Positions 10,248 through 21,159 are shown, numbered from the stretch's first letter. The stretch: 58,817 bases of DNA from an uncultured virus (IMG/VR IMGVR_UViG_3300034021_000643) (IMGVR_UViG_3300034021_000643); one strand, 5' to 3'. Notes: a model not told the origin generated them from the letters alone. Made by a program: numbers and translations.

Positions 10248-11166
10248 CATCACCGCTGTGGCCTATTATGGTGGAATCCCGCCTACAAACAAGAATCCAG
10301 AAAAACCTTTGATCTTGGATAATTTTTTGCAGGGAGTGAAATCGTCCGGGGATCATGCCATTGCACACACTGGGATGAATGCTGTGCCTTGTGATGTAGC
10401 ATTGATACAGGGGTTTGTTCACGAACATGGTAAATCGGCTCCTCATCTTCAATTGAGACAAGATGCCGTTGCATTGCAGAAAGAAAACAATCGGAGAAGT
10501 TTAATCGTAGACAGCAATTTGTTTTTATATGCTGATCCGAATAATACCAAAACCTATCTGAGATACAGTTTTGATGGAGTTTTTCCTACTACTGGATTTT
10601 ACTTTGATCGAGATATCGATCCTGGACGTTGGCAAAAAATTAGTCACGATTTACGCATAAGTTTGCAGCCTTGGAGAACACAGGGAGAGCACATATTGAT
10701 TTGCCTACAGCGACACGGTGGGTGGAGCATGGGTGGGCTAGATGTTCAGACATGGTTAGATCAAACTATTGCACAAATTAGACAGCATAGTAGAAAACGT
10801 CAGATTGTTGTTCGAACACACCCCGGAGATAAAAAAATTAAATCAATTTTAAAAATTTACGGCAAAGGTGTACGATTAAGTGTTAATGAAAGATTAGTCG
10901 ACGATTTAAGAGGTGCATGGGCCACAGTAGTATACAACAGTAGTCCAAGCGTGGCTAGTATTATTGAAGGAGTTCCGGCATTTCTTACAGATCATAATCC
11001 ACAGCGTAGTCAAAGTTACCAAGTAGCGAATACAGATTTAAGTCGATTAGAAAATCCCGAGATGCCCGAGAGAAAATCATGGATTGAACAGATATCTATG
11101 TGCCATTGGAATTTTAATGAACTTCGATCCGGAGAAGCTTGGCAATTTTTCAAACAGTATCTCTAA
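10240..11166 (+). CDS. Putative GT-B/capsule-biosynthesis-like protein (paralog 4)
   Basis: VRTHP, NSSPSVASIIEGVP, HWNFNELRSG. Confidence 0.6.
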   Translation: MSNITAVAYYGGIPPTNKNPEKPLILDNFLQGVKSSGDHAIAHTGMNAVPCDVALIQGFVHEHGKSAPHLQLRQDAVALQKENNRRSLIVDSNLFLYADPNNTKTYLRYSFDGVFPTTGFYFDRDIDPGRWQKISHDLRISLQPWRTQGEHILICLQRHGGWSMGGLDVQTWLDQTIAQIRQHSRKRQIVVRTHPGDKKIKSILKIYGKGVRLSVNERLVDDLRGAWATVVYNSSPSVASIIEGVPAFLTDHNPQRSQSYQVANTDLSRLENPEMPERKSWIEQISMCHWNFNELRSGEAWQFFKQYL

Positions 11167-11996
11167 CGCCAATACGCTTCTGTTCTTTGAACTTTTAGAT
11201 CTTCAGGTTTACTACGACCTAATTTCTTTCTACCACCCTTGAGGTGATCCAGCCATGCGCCCCATTGGCTATTAATTAATGGGTGTCCTTCGCCCGACGT
11301 CATTCCTGGTGCTGGACGTAGGTCATGCAAGTGTGCTGCCCAATCTAGTTGTCGCATCTGCGGAAATTTTACTCGTACCGCATCAAACACAAAACTGTCA
11401 TGCCACTCAGCTAACTGAAAAATTCCTTGTTCGGCTTGATCATAGACTCTTTGAAATTCTTTGAGAAAAAGTTGAATGTTAGGCGATCGTAGATTCATTG
11501 CATACAAACCACACTCTGAATATTTGCCCCTTCGACCCAGATAGCACAGCTCACTATCAGTGGGAATCATCTTGTATAGATCGGTCATGGTGATAGGACT
11601 GTGGCAAATAGTATCTGCATCCATCCATATTAAAATATCCGCATCTGTTTCTTTGACACAATCAAATATGGCATAAACTTTATGTGCAAATCTCACAGCA
11701 TGCCATTTGAATCCTTTGCCTGAATCTTTTCTTAGAGATCTCACAGGATCCGCCGACACATCGCCGTTGGCCTTAGGCACATCTTTCCATGTGTTTTTAA
11801 AAGTCATTAGTTCTGCAACTTCTTCTAGACGTTTCAGTGTGACACGACTGTGATCACGGATCGCAGGGTTGCACTTTTCGGGATATAAATGAAGTATGAC
11901 CTCAGTAGGCCAGTTCTCGCAGAAGGTGTTGATCATACGCTGTGCATATTTGTTAAGTCCGTCTTCGTGAAAGGTTGTTACTACTGCTATTTTCAT
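11163..11996 (-). CDS. Glycosyltransferase-like protein (GT-A)
   Basis: RFAHKV, WMDAD (DxD), EWHDSFVFD, HLKG. Confidence 0.7.
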   Translation of the reverse strand: MKIAVVTTFHEDGLNKYAQRMINTFCENWPTEVILHLYPEKCNPAIRDHSRVTLKRLEEVAELMTFKNTWKDVPKANGDVSADPVRSLRKDSGKGFKWHAVRFAHKVYAIFDCVKETDADILIWMDADTICHSPITMTDLYKMIPTDSELCYLGRRGKYSECGLYAMNLRSPNIQLFLKEFQRVYDQAEQGIFQLAEWHDSFVFDAVRVKFPQMRQLDWAAHLHDLRPAPGMTSGEGHPLINSQWGAWLDHLKGGRKKLGRSKPEDLKVQRTEAYWR

Positions 11997-12391
11997 TGTT
12001 GTTTTTCCCATACGTGAAATGCTCCTTGGAGACTGGTGCATCGCCACCCTGAATCGTATAACGGCGTTGATAGATCCCTAGGCAAAGCGTCGCCGCCTTC
12101 AATGAATATCAACGAATTATTTTTCTTCCAAAATGTTTGCAGACTTTCTAATTTAGAGATGTGTTTGATGTCAAAAAATACTGCCCTGACATTTACAATG
12201 CTATCTAATCTGTCAATGCTTTGTCTATAAATGAGATTTTTTGCTTTTAGTTCTGTGTTGTCTTCGTTCACAACAAAAATTGTTGAATATAAGTCTAACA
12301 GTTGTTCTAATTGACCAAATGCGGCACCAATTACCAACGCATTGTCTGCGTTTTTTGACAATTTACTCAGTCTTTTTTTAATCTTATTCAT
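11993..12391 (-). CDS. Hypothetical protein (degenerate Rossmann/methyltransferase-like)
   Basis: ALVIGAAFG; coupled to the downstream GT gene. Confidence 0.6.
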   Translation of the reverse strand: MNKIKKRLSKLSKNADNALVIGAAFGQLEQLLDLYSTIFVVNEDNTELKAKNLIYRQSIDRLDSIVNVRAVFFDIKHISKLESLQTFWKKNNSLIFIEGGDALPRDLSTPLYDSGWRCTSLQGAFHVWEKQQ

Positions 12392-12441
12392 GATCTATAA
12401 ATATATGGCAGTATTAACTACGTAGATTATTTATCAACATT

Positions 12442-13266
12442 ATGCGCTTCAAATTATATCGAGAATACGGTGCGTTAAACAGTCCTCCTGTGTTTGACGC
12501 TCTAGAACAAGGTTTAAAACAACTAGGGCATACCATTGTGCATGACAACGAAGACGTGTCTGTGATTTGGTCTGTGCTATGGGCCGGTAGAATGCGTTCA
12601 AATAAAACAATCTACGAACAGTGTCGACAATCAGGCAAATCTGTGATGATCATAGAAGTAGGAAATCTGAAAAGAGGCGAAACTTGGCGCATCAGTCTCG
12701 ACCATATCAACAATCTTGGCAGATTCGGCAACGATATCAATCTCGATCCAACTAGACCTGAAAAATTAGGTGTTAAATTGCAGCCAATTGCCACCACACG
12801 TCGTGGCGAAATATTAATAGCCTGCCAACATCAAGAAAGTCTACAATGGCAAGGAATGCCTGCCATGAAAGACTGGGTAGCAGACACCATTGGAAAAATA
12901 AAACAACATACTCATAGAAGAATCCGTGTGAGATATCATCCTCGGTCAGCATTTCCGTTCAAGCAATCTGGGGTGGAGGTAGAAAGACCCGTGCTTATAC
13001 CCGATACCTATGACAGTTTTGATATTTTTTACAATTATCATTGCGTGATCAACCATAACAGCGGACCAGCTATTCAAGCAGCCATAAATGGTGTTCCTAT
13101 AATGTGTGATTCGTCTAGTCTAGCTGCAGATCTCAGCATCAAATGGTCAGAATTAGACAGTCCCTATGTGCCAGACAGAACTGAATGGTTTTTAAAACTA
13201 TGTCACACCGAGTGGACCGTGGACGAAATACGTCAAGGCATACCAATTTCTAGATTATTCAGTTGA
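12442..13266 (+). CDS. Putative GT-B/capsule-biosynthesis-like protein (paralog 5)
   Basis: VRYHP, NSGPAIQAAINGVP, EWTVDEIRQG. Confidence 0.6.
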   Translation: MRFKLYREYGALNSPPVFDALEQGLKQLGHTIVHDNEDVSVIWSVLWAGRMRSNKTIYEQCRQSGKSVMIIEVGNLKRGETWRISLDHINNLGRFGNDINLDPTRPEKLGVKLQPIATTRRGEILIACQHQESLQWQGMPAMKDWVADTIGKIKQHTHRRIRVRYHPRSAFPFKQSGVEVERPVLIPDTYDSFDIFYNYHCVINHNSGPAIQAAINGVPIMCDSSSLAADLSIKWSELDSPYVPDRTEWFLKLCHTEWTVDEIRQGIPISRLFS

Positions 13267-13291
13267 CAACCAGAAATCAAGGCTGTATACT
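13263..13291 (+). promoter_or_regulatory. Sigma70-type promoter, leaderless start at 13298
   Basis: TTGACA-N17-TATACT; ATG 6 nt downstream. Confidence 0.75.
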
Positions 13292-13297
13292 TGAATA

Positions 13298-14482
13298 ATG
13301 TTACCATCAGAATTTGCCGAAGACATATTTGTTGAGTTTTATAAACTTGTTGCTCAACAAAAAATCTCCATACAAGGTCAAGATTTTTCACCCATCTCAA
13401 GTTTTCATGAAAAAATTATCAACAGCGGTGAGCTGACCAAAAATCAGGCGAATTTTCTCATAAAATTATTGGAAAAATACAAGATTGTATCTGCTCAGGC
13501 AGGTTTTGATTATAGGTCGCAACTACAAGATCTCAAATGGCGCAAGCCGTTTAGAGTGTTGGATCTCAGTAAAAAAATATATGTAGAACTGCGTGAAAAC
13601 AAACTGGAAATTTGTCTAAAATTTCCGTATCAGCTGAAAAAAGAATTTGAAGATGAGATTGAACGTCGAGAAACTCTTTACGCTTACAGCTTTTGGGATC
13701 CCGATGATAAGGTAAGACGCTTAGATTTGTATCAGTATAACTTAATCACATTATATGAATTTGTCTGTAAGCATAATTTTGAAATTGACGATACTTTTAT
13801 GAACGTGTTGTCGGATGTAGAAGAAATTTGGCAAAATTCTGAGGATGCTACACCTTACAGCGAAGTTGATATAAATGGCGTTCAATTGAAAAACGCCAGT
13901 GACGAAACAGCGGAGTGGTGGCAAAGTAATAAAACTAGTAACATCAGCAAAGATTTGTTATTAGCTAAAAGTATGGGGTTTTTATACCAAGAAAAACCAC
14001 ATACTTTAGTGGAAAAAATCGCAGCCAGCCAAGAAAACAGCTTCTGGTTGAAAACCAATCAAGATTTTTTTGAGTTATCTAAATCTTTTTCCGGACAAAT
14101 ATGTATATTGCTAGATCGAAGCAGCGCCACATTGCCGTGGCTGCAAAGTTTTGTAGCCGATGCTGAAAAAAGTGGAGTTGATCGTGAAGAAATCAAGGTG
14201 TGTTTTAGAGAAAACAAAGAATCCACTACTGGGCTGAATGACTGGATCAAGGTTGCAGGAGTTGGCGGCAAAGTCGAAACTGGTAGGATATTAATTTTTG
14301 AATCAAAGCCGGCTAAGTGGTTGTTTAAGACAAGCAATGATGTTACACTAGTAGTAACAAATAACATTTTCCCACCAACAAATACCATGGCACGGGATTG
14401 GTTTATGTGTCATCCCTGTGTGATATATCTTGGTGATACTAGACCAACAGAAACCAAAGGACAAAAAATTGTTGAACTGTAA
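13298..14482 (+). CDS. Hypothetical protein upstream of UvsW
   Basis: 394-aa ORF with its own promoter; overlaps uvsW start. Confidence 0.75.
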   Translation: MLPSEFAEDIFVEFYKLVAQQKISIQGQDFSPISSFHEKIINSGELTKNQANFLIKLLEKYKIVSAQAGFDYRSQLQDLKWRKPFRVLDLSKKIYVELRENKLEICLKFPYQLKKEFEDEIERRETLYAYSFWDPDDKVRRLDLYQYNLITLYEFVCKHNFEIDDTFMNVLSDVEEIWQNSEDATPYSEVDINGVQLKNASDETAEWWQSNKTSNISKDLLLAKSMGFLYQEKPHTLVEKIAASQENSFWLKTNQDFFELSKSFSGQICILLDRSSATLPWLQSFVADAEKSGVDREEIKVCFRENKESTTGLNDWIKVAGVGGKVETGRILIFESKPAKWLFKTSNDVTLVVTNNIFPPTNTMARDWFMCHPCVIYLGDTRPTETKGQKIVEL

Positions 14483-15923
14483 GTTAACAATCAAAGACGA
14501 AGTAAACATCAAGGTAGAAGGGCTACGAGTTGAAACACGACGGAAAATTGTCAATAAATTAAAGTTCGATTTACCTTATGCCCGACACATGCCGGCCTAT
14601 AAACTAGGACGTTGGGACGGAACTAAAACTTATTTTAACATTGGCGGCAGTGGATATCTTGCACACCTTGATGTGATTCTAGCAGTAATTGATGATGAAG
14701 GTTATGACATCGAAGTCGAAGATCTTAGACCGCATCAGGAATTAAAATTTGCTGCTATCGATGAAAATTACTGGGCCGACAAAGGCAAAGTCTGGCCCAA
14801 AGGACATCAACAGGCAGGAGAACCTATTGTTCTAAGAGACTATCAGTATGAGGTAATCAACAAGTTTTTAGAGAATCCTCAGGCCTTGCAAGAAGTAGCC
14901 ACTGGTGCTGGAAAAACAATTACCACAGCAACTTTAAGCCATCTATGCGAACCTTATGGTCGCACAATGGTAGTTGTTCCTAATAAATCGTTGGTGGTTC
15001 AAACTGAAGAAGATTACAAGAACCTAGGCCTGGATGTTGGTGTTTACTTCGGAGATAGAAAAGAATTAGGTAAGACACATACCATATGCACCTGGCAAAG
15101 TTTGAATGTGTTAGACAAGAAAAGCTATGACAACGACACCATGACATTGGCAGAATTCTGTGAAGGAGTCTGCGCGATCATTGTTGACGAAGTGCATCAA
15201 GCCAAGGCAGAAGTATTGACCAAACTACTGACACAAAACTTTCGTAACTGTGCCATACGCTGGGGACTCACCGGAACTGTGCCTAAAGAACAGTGGGAGT
15301 TTCAAGGTATATTGGCCAGTATAGGTCCTGTGATAAATCAAGTATCTGCGTATGATTTACAGGAAAAAGGTGTGTTAGCACAATTGAATATCAATGTGTT
15401 ACAGACCACAGATGTGCAGGTGTTTAATTCATTCCAGGACGAATACTCATTTCTTGTCACAGACGATAATCGGCTACAATGGATCGCCGGTAAGATCACT
15501 GCGTTATCTGCTACCGGTAATACTCTGGTGTTAATTAACAGAATCGATACAGGAAAAAAATTAATTGACTTAATACCAGAGGCAGTGTTTGTCAGCGGCG
15601 GTATGAAACTCGATGATCGCAAGGAAGAATATGATGAAATTAAAACAAGTGATGGCAAGATTATTTTGGCGACTTATGGTGTGGCCGCTGTGGGTATTAA
15701 TATTCCACGTATTTTTAATTTGGTTCTTCTTGAACCCGGAAAGAGCTTTGTCCGTGTTATACAAAGCATTGGGCGAGGCATTAGAAAAGCAGAAGACAAA
15801 GATCACGTAGAGATCTGGGATATTACCAGCACCTGCAAATATGCCAAGCGGCACCTAACAGAAAGAAAAAAGTTTTATAAAGAGGCCAAATACCCCTTTA
15901 CCATTACCAAGGTTAATATATGA
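14472..15923 (+). CDS. uvsW: SF2 DNA helicase UvsW
   Basis: LRDYQ, ATGAGKT, DEVH, GLTGT, QSIGRGIR; start uncertain (TTG 14472). Confidence 0.9.
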   Translation: MNCKLTIKDEVNIKVEGLRVETRRKIVNKLKFDLPYARHMPAYKLGRWDGTKTYFNIGGSGYLAHLDVILAVIDDEGYDIEVEDLRPHQELKFAAIDENYWADKGKVWPKGHQQAGEPIVLRDYQYEVINKFLENPQALQEVATGAGKTITTATLSHLCEPYGRTMVVVPNKSLVVQTEEDYKNLGLDVGVYFGDRKELGKTHTICTWQSLNVLDKKSYDNDTMTLAEFCEGVCAIIVDEVHQAKAEVLTKLLTQNFRNCAIRWGLTGTVPKEQWEFQGILASIGPVINQVSAYDLQEKGVLAQLNINVLQTTDVQVFNSFQDEYSFLVTDDNRLQWIAGKITALSATGNTLVLINRIDTGKKLIDLIPEAVFVSGGMKLDDRKEEYDEIKTSDGKIILATYGVAAVGINIPRIFNLVLLEPGKSFVRVIQSIGRGIRKAEDKDHVEIWDITSTCKYAKRHLTERKKFYKEAKYPFTITKVNI

Positions 15924-16561
15924 TACATCCTCTTGAACCTACTCAGTTTTCTGAAAACACATTTAACTGGGATTTTTACGATACTGATTTTTTCTTTAGC
16001 CCAGATGGCACACAAGAATTCCCTAATCACCATTGTAAAAAAACGTGGGTAGCTAGTCTTCCTTTTATTACAGAAAAAAGAAATGCTATAGATGTTGGTT
16101 GTAGAGACGGCGAATATACAAGATATCTTCACAAAGATTTTAATCATGTTTTTTGTTTTGATTATCGAAGAAGAAAATTATTTCATAAAAATGTTGACCT
16201 ATCTAAAATTACACATTTTAAATGTGCGTTGGGTGAAGAACATAAAATTATAAAGGTAAGCGGTGGTGGAAGTATAACTGCTGGAAAAGTACCGCAAGAA
16301 AAGTGGTATGATGAACAGCTATACACTATAGATGAATTTAATTTTTCAGATATTGATTATATTAAAATTGATGTAGACGGATACGAATTAAATGTTTTAC
16401 AAGGTGCAGTTAACACCATTAAAAAATACAATCCTCTGTTGGTTGTAGAACAAGAAAACAGTGATACTAGAGCAATTGATTTCTGTAAGATCAATTTTAA
16501 CTATGACATTTTAGCATGGGATGCTGATCACCGAAACGTAATACTAGGAAAATTAAAATGA
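15920..16561 (+). CDS. FkbM-family SAM-dependent methyltransferase
   Basis: IDVGCRDG; IKIDVDGYELNVLQGA. Confidence 0.85.
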   Translation: MIHPLEPTQFSENTFNWDFYDTDFFFSPDGTQEFPNHHCKKTWVASLPFITEKRNAIDVGCRDGEYTRYLHKDFNHVFCFDYRRRKLFHKNVDLSKITHFKCALGEEHKIIKVSGGGSITAGKVPQEKWYDEQLYTIDEFNFSDIDYIKIDVDGYELNVLQGAVNTIKKYNPLLVVEQENSDTRAIDFCKINFNYDILAWDADHRNVILGKLK

Positions 16562-17064
16562 GAATACTCACACTAAACAATGAAGCATTTGATCTAAACG
16601 AATTGCCGGATCAAGTAGACGAAGATACAAGATTTTCGGTGCTGGATAATTCAAATCCACAGGATCCAGATTTTTATTTCATGCCTTTGATATTTTTAGA
16701 ATCGTTTAATTCACCGGCTATAGTGCTGAACATAGGAGGCTATGAAGTGCAAATGCCTTTGGATTGGTGCATGGTAGTAGGTGACAAAGATTGTGGGCTT
16801 GATCCCGAAGTGTTACCGTTGACTAGTATCAATGAGCGTGGATTTGACGCACTAGTGTTTAATCCGATCAAAGGCTTTAGAGCAGAATATATGCCTATAG
16901 AAATTGTTAATATCTATCAGGATGTGCGTTGGTATTTTCCTAAGATGAAAAACGGACAATTATTAACTGTGCCGCTCAGCGAGGAGGTCAATCCACCTTG
17001 CGTGTTCTTTGTCAAAGAAGTTTCAAGACAAAGCGAAGTTTTGCAATTACATAAATTGATCTGA
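16558..17064 (+). CDS. Hypothetical phage protein
   Basis: ATGA-coupled 168-aa ORF. Confidence 0.7.
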   Translation: MRILTLNNEAFDLNELPDQVDEDTRFSVLDNSNPQDPDFYFMPLIFLESFNSPAIVLNIGGYEVQMPLDWCMVVGDKDCGLDPEVLPLTSINERGFDALVFNPIKGFRAEYMPIEIVNIYQDVRWYFPKMKNGQLLTVPLSEEVNPPCVFFVKEVSRQSEVLQLHKLI

Positions 17065-17090
17065 TTAAATACACACATTAAGGAGATAGC

Positions 17091-17435
17091 ATGAAAGCAG
17101 GAAAAGTATGGGGACAGACAGAATTGTTAGAAGCCAACGGTGTATTAGAATTTCATCGTATTGAAGCCAACGCCGGTGGAGTATGTTCTAAGCATAAACA
17201 CAAATACAAGTGGAATGGATTCTTTGTCGAGTCCGGTGAAATGATTATTCGTGTATGGAAAGGCAATTATGATCTCGTAGACGAAACTTTGTTAAAGGCA
17301 GGCGAATATACAAAGGTTGCTCCGGGCGAATATCATCAATTTGAAGCAGTCACAGACTGTGTAGCATTTGAATTATATTGGGCAGAATTTGATCACGATG
17401 ACATTGAGCGTGAAACTGTGGGGTATTCAAAATGA
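17091..17435 (+). CDS. Cupin-domain protein
   Basis: CSKHKH..F.VESG..PGEYHQF cupin motifs; RBS aaggag. Confidence 0.8.
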   Translation: MKAGKVWGQTELLEANGVLEFHRIEANAGGVCSKHKHKYKWNGFFVESGEMIIRVWKGNYDLVDETLLKAGEYTKVAPGEYHQFEAVTDCVAFELYWAEFDHDDIERETVGYSK

Positions 17436-18031
17436 CAAAACAGTGGTTAGGCAGTGGCGGGCTCTGGGAAACAGAATTATATCAAAGCCACAAGAAAGAA
17501 AATTTTGAAATTCTAGATAAATTCTTAGGCAGCGCACCAATGAAGATTTTAGATATTGGCTGCGGGCTTGCTTGGGAATCGAGAATGTTCAATGAAAAAT
17601 ATAATTCCGAGCTGTGGTTGTTAGACGGCGATACTAAAGATAACGACTCTAAATCTCCCGAAGCATCAACTGGAAAATATAATAAGACAGCTAACGATTT
17701 CTTATTCTATCATCCATTGTCAGAGGTAGACGCAGAATTAAAAAAATTAGGCACTAAAAAATATCATTTAATTGATTGCAATAATATTAATATTCCAGAA
17801 GATGTTAAATTTGATTTGATTACGTCGTGGGTGTCTTGTGGTTTTCACTATCCTGTAAACACTTATAAAGATTTGATATTAAAACATTCACATGCAAATA
17901 CGAGAATTATAATGGATTTGCGAGTGATATACAAAAAGACTAATATGCCCGAGCAAGAAGACGGCGTAGAAATTGTTAATGTGATTAATCAACGAAACAA
18001 ATATATAATGGCTGAGGTAAAACTATCATGA
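17432..18031 (+). CDS. Class I SAM-dependent methyltransferase
   Basis: ILDIGCGLA; SCGFHYP. Confidence 0.8.
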   Translation: MTKQWLGSGGLWETELYQSHKKENFEILDKFLGSAPMKILDIGCGLAWESRMFNEKYNSELWLLDGDTKDNDSKSPEASTGKYNKTANDFLFYHPLSEVDAELKKLGTKKYHLIDCNNINIPEDVKFDLITSWVSCGFHYPVNTYKDLILKHSHANTRIIMDLRVIYKKTNMPEQEDGVEIVNVINQRNKYIMAEVKLS

Positions 18032-18798
18032 TATCAATAGTAATGGCATATTATAATCGATTAGAATTATTAAGACATACTCTAAAAACATTTATTCAAA
18101 GTCGGGAAAAAGACTTTGAAGTAATAATTGTAGATGATTTTAGCAATTTAGAAAACAGTTTAGATACTGTTCCTAGTGAATTTCCGTCGCTGAATATTAA
18201 AATAATTAAAATGTCAGATCGAGGATCTAAGACTTGGTTTAATCCCTGTGTGCCGTATAATGTTGGATTCCGTGAAAGTTCTGGTGACAAAATTATTATT
18301 CAAAATCCAGAGTGCTGTCATCAAGGCGATGTAATCTCATATGTGAATCAAACATTAACTGATGACAATTATCTAACCTTTCATTGCTGGGCATGTAACA
18401 AAGGCGATGTAAGAATTCTACATCAAGGCGGTACAATAGATGTAGGCGGAACAAAATCTAGTAAAACAAAATGGGTTAATCATAGTGTTCACCATCCAGT
18501 GGGATATCACTATACCTCGGCAATTACTAGGAAGAACTTGTGTGAATTAAATGGTTTTGACGAAGAATTTGCTTTCGGTCATAGTTATGATGACGACGAA
18601 TTTTTACAAAGAATTAAAAATAAAAAATTAAATGTAACGTTTGTTGAAGCACCGTATGTTATACATCAATGGCACCCTAAAATGTATAATAACCCGCTGG
18701 CGCCGCCAGCAACTGTTAATAATCAACAATTACTTGCCAAATTGCAAGCATCTGTTCCCCCCACTATTAGAGCTAATAATAAGGACAATATTAAATGA
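18028..18798 (+). CDS. Glycosyltransferase family 2
   Basis: ISIVMAYYNR, EVIIVDDFS, GFDEEF..YDDDEF. Confidence 0.9.
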   Translation: MISIVMAYYNRLELLRHTLKTFIQSREKDFEVIIVDDFSNLENSLDTVPSEFPSLNIKIIKMSDRGSKTWFNPCVPYNVGFRESSGDKIIIQNPECCHQGDVISYVNQTLTDDNYLTFHCWACNKGDVRILHQGGTIDVGGTKSSKTKWVNHSVHHPVGYHYTSAITRKNLCELNGFDEEFAFGHSYDDDEFLQRIKNKKLNVTFVEAPYVIHQWHPKMYNNPLAPPATVNNQQLLAKLQASVPPTIRANNKDNIK

Positions 18799-19328
18799 AA
18801 CACAATATAAACGGAAAACGAGCTTCATCGAACGACGAGCTAATGAGATATCTACACTCCGTTGTTAAAGAAGGAGATTCTATTTTAGATCTCGGATGCG
18901 GTCCGAAATTATATTCAGATCCATTTAAAGACAGATGTAGCAAAATTATCACAATTGATGCATGGGAGTCAGTGAATCCAGATTTTGTAGCAGACCTAGA
19001 AACTGTTGATCTAAACACCTTATTAGGCGGTGAGAAATTTGATTATGTTTTAATGATAGATTTTATCGAACACCTTGATAAAGATGCAGGCATTCGTCTT
19101 TTAGATTCTGTGAAAACTCTTACCACTAAAAAAATTGTATTATTGACTCCGTTAGAAGAAATTTGGGATGATAATCATAAAAATGTAAATGATCCAAGAT
19201 TATGGTGCTATGGTAATACTTTTGACATACATAAAAGTCTTTGGCATAAAGAAGATTTTACAGACTGGACACCATTAGACTTACCTAGTCTTTGCCATTA
19301 TTTTGTTGGGGTATTTCCAAATGACTAA
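18795..19328 (+). CDS. Class I SAM-dependent methyltransferase
   Basis: ILDLGCG; DFIEHL. Confidence 0.85.
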   Translation: MKHNINGKRASSNDELMRYLHSVVKEGDSILDLGCGPKLYSDPFKDRCSKIITIDAWESVNPDFVADLETVDLNTLLGGEKFDYVLMIDFIEHLDKDAGIRLLDSVKTLTTKKIVLLTPLEEIWDDNHKNVNDPRLWCYGNTFDIHKSLWHKEDFTDWTPLDLPSLCHYFVGVFPND

Positions 19329-20394
19329 GGTTCTAACAATTTTAGGAACAAGACCTGAGATTATAAGACTATCTAGAATTATTCCTAAACTTGATAACAT
19401 TGTTGATCATAAAATATTGCATACCGGTCAAAATTATGATAAAAATTTAAATGATGTATTCTTCAAAGAATTGAGTTTAAGAAACCCAGATTATGTAATT
19501 GACAATAAATCTGTATCCTTTGCAGAACAAATTGGTAATACATTTGTAGGTGTTGAAAAATTTGTAAACGAATTTAAGCCTGATAAAGTTTTGATATTGG
19601 GCGACACCAATTCAGGCCTAGCAGCAATTATATGTGAAAGATTAGGCATTCCGGTCTATCATATGGAAGCTGGCAATCGTTGTTATGATCTTAAAGTTCC
19701 TGAAGAAAAGAATAGAAAAATTATTGATGCCGTGTCTAGTATAAATTTACCTTATACTGAGTTAAGCCGTCAAAATTTATTGCGTGAAGGTGCTGCAAAC
19801 AACAAAGTATTTGTCACGGGGAATCCAATTAAAGAAGTAATAGATTTTTATGCAAATGAAATAGACAGTTCTCCTATATTATCAGCACTTAATCTTGAAA
19901 AAAATAACTACATTATAGCCACAGCGCATCGAGCAGAAAATGTTGATGTTAACGATCGGTTGATTAATATTTTTGAAAGTTTTGAAGAAATATCTAAAGA
20001 ATATAAGATAGTGTTTAGTTGTCATCCTAGAACCAAACAAAAATTAGCAAAGTTTAATATTTTAGTTGATAATCCAAACATTATAATAACGGAACCTTTG
20101 GGGTTTTTTGATTTTGTCAACTTAGAAAAAAATGCACATATGGCAATTAGCGATTCAGGAACGGTTCAAGAAGAAATGTGTTTATTCGGTATACCAACAA
20201 TTACCATTAGAGATACAACAGAAAGACCAGAAACAGTTTGGTGCGGCTCTAACGTAATTAGCGGCTTGGATAAAGAAAATATTGTTGCCTGCTTTAACAG
20301 AATGAAGTCAGCTGACAGGAACTGGAAAATACCTGAAGAGTACAATCAAAATAATGTATCAGACGTAGTTGTTAACATACTACTGTCGAACTAA
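19321..20394 (+). CDS. Non-hydrolysing UDP-N-acetylhexosamine 2-epimerase (WecB/FnlC/WbvD type)
   Basis: GTRPEIIRLS, HTGQNYD, HMEAGNRC, SDSGTVQEE, TERPE. Confidence 0.92.
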   Translation: MTKVLTILGTRPEIIRLSRIIPKLDNIVDHKILHTGQNYDKNLNDVFFKELSLRNPDYVIDNKSVSFAEQIGNTFVGVEKFVNEFKPDKVLILGDTNSGLAAIICERLGIPVYHMEAGNRCYDLKVPEEKNRKIIDAVSSINLPYTELSRQNLLREGAANNKVFVTGNPIKEVIDFYANEIDSSPILSALNLEKNNYIIATAHRAENVDVNDRLINIFESFEEISKEYKIVFSCHPRTKQKLAKFNILVDNPNIIITEPLGFFDFVNLEKNAHMAISDSGTVQEEMCLFGIPTITIRDTTERPETVWCGSNVISGLDKENIVACFNRMKSADRNWKIPEEYNQNNVSDVVVNILLSN

Positions 20395-20403
20395 GGACAA
20401 TTG

Positions 20404-21159
20404 ATGAAAAAGAAATATGTAGAATTTGACAAATTTGATCTAGAAGATCTTTCTAACGAATTTCAATCTAAGCAACCGTTTAACTATATTGCTATAGATG
20501 ATTTTTTTACAGAAAAAGTTATTAATGAAACACTAACTGACTTCAACAATGAAAATTTTGAAAGTTGGGACAAGCGTAATCACGATAAGATTCAAATTAA
20601 ATGGCGTAGTGATTGGAAAGACGATAGTGATGTTCCTGCTAACACATTGGATTTAATTAATTTTTTAAATGGTGGAACATTTTTAAGATTCTTATCTAAG
20701 CTAACTGGAATTAATGGGCTTATTCCTGATCCCTATCTAACAGGCGGCGGATTTAACCAGATCAATACAGGCGGCACACTAGCAGTACACGCAGACGGCA
20801 ACTGGCACGATCTAATGGGAGTACACAGAAGATTAAATGTTATCCTATACTTAAACGATAATTGGCAAGAAGAATGGGGAGGCCATTTAGAAATGTGGTC
20901 TAGAACCCCCGACAACAAACCAGGAGTATGCGTTGATAAAATTAGTCCATTACTTAACAGACTGGTTGTATTTAGAACTGACGATTTTAGTTTTCACGGT
21001 CATCCTACTCCGTTAAAATGCCCCGAAGATAGAAGTCGTAGATCATTAATTTTGTATTACTATACAAATACAAGACCTGCAGAGGAAGTGGAATCTTTGG
21101 ATAACAAACATAGAGCATTATTCCACAACCCAGATGACATCGGAGTAAAATATGAATGA
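20404..21159 (+). CDS. 2OG-Fe(II) oxygenase
   Basis: HAD (HxD), RRLNVILYLN, GGHLE, HGHP, R.SL. Confidence 0.88.
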   Translation: MKKKYVEFDKFDLEDLSNEFQSKQPFNYIAIDDFFTEKVINETLTDFNNENFESWDKRNHDKIQIKWRSDWKDDSDVPANTLDLINFLNGGTFLRFLSKLTGINGLIPDPYLTGGGFNQINTGGTLAVHADGNWHDLMGVHRRLNVILYLNDNWQEEWGGHLEMWSRTPDNKPGVCVDKISPLLNRLVVFRTDDFSFHGHPTPLKCPEDRSRRSLILYYYTNTRPAEEVESLDNKHRALFHNPDDIGVKYE

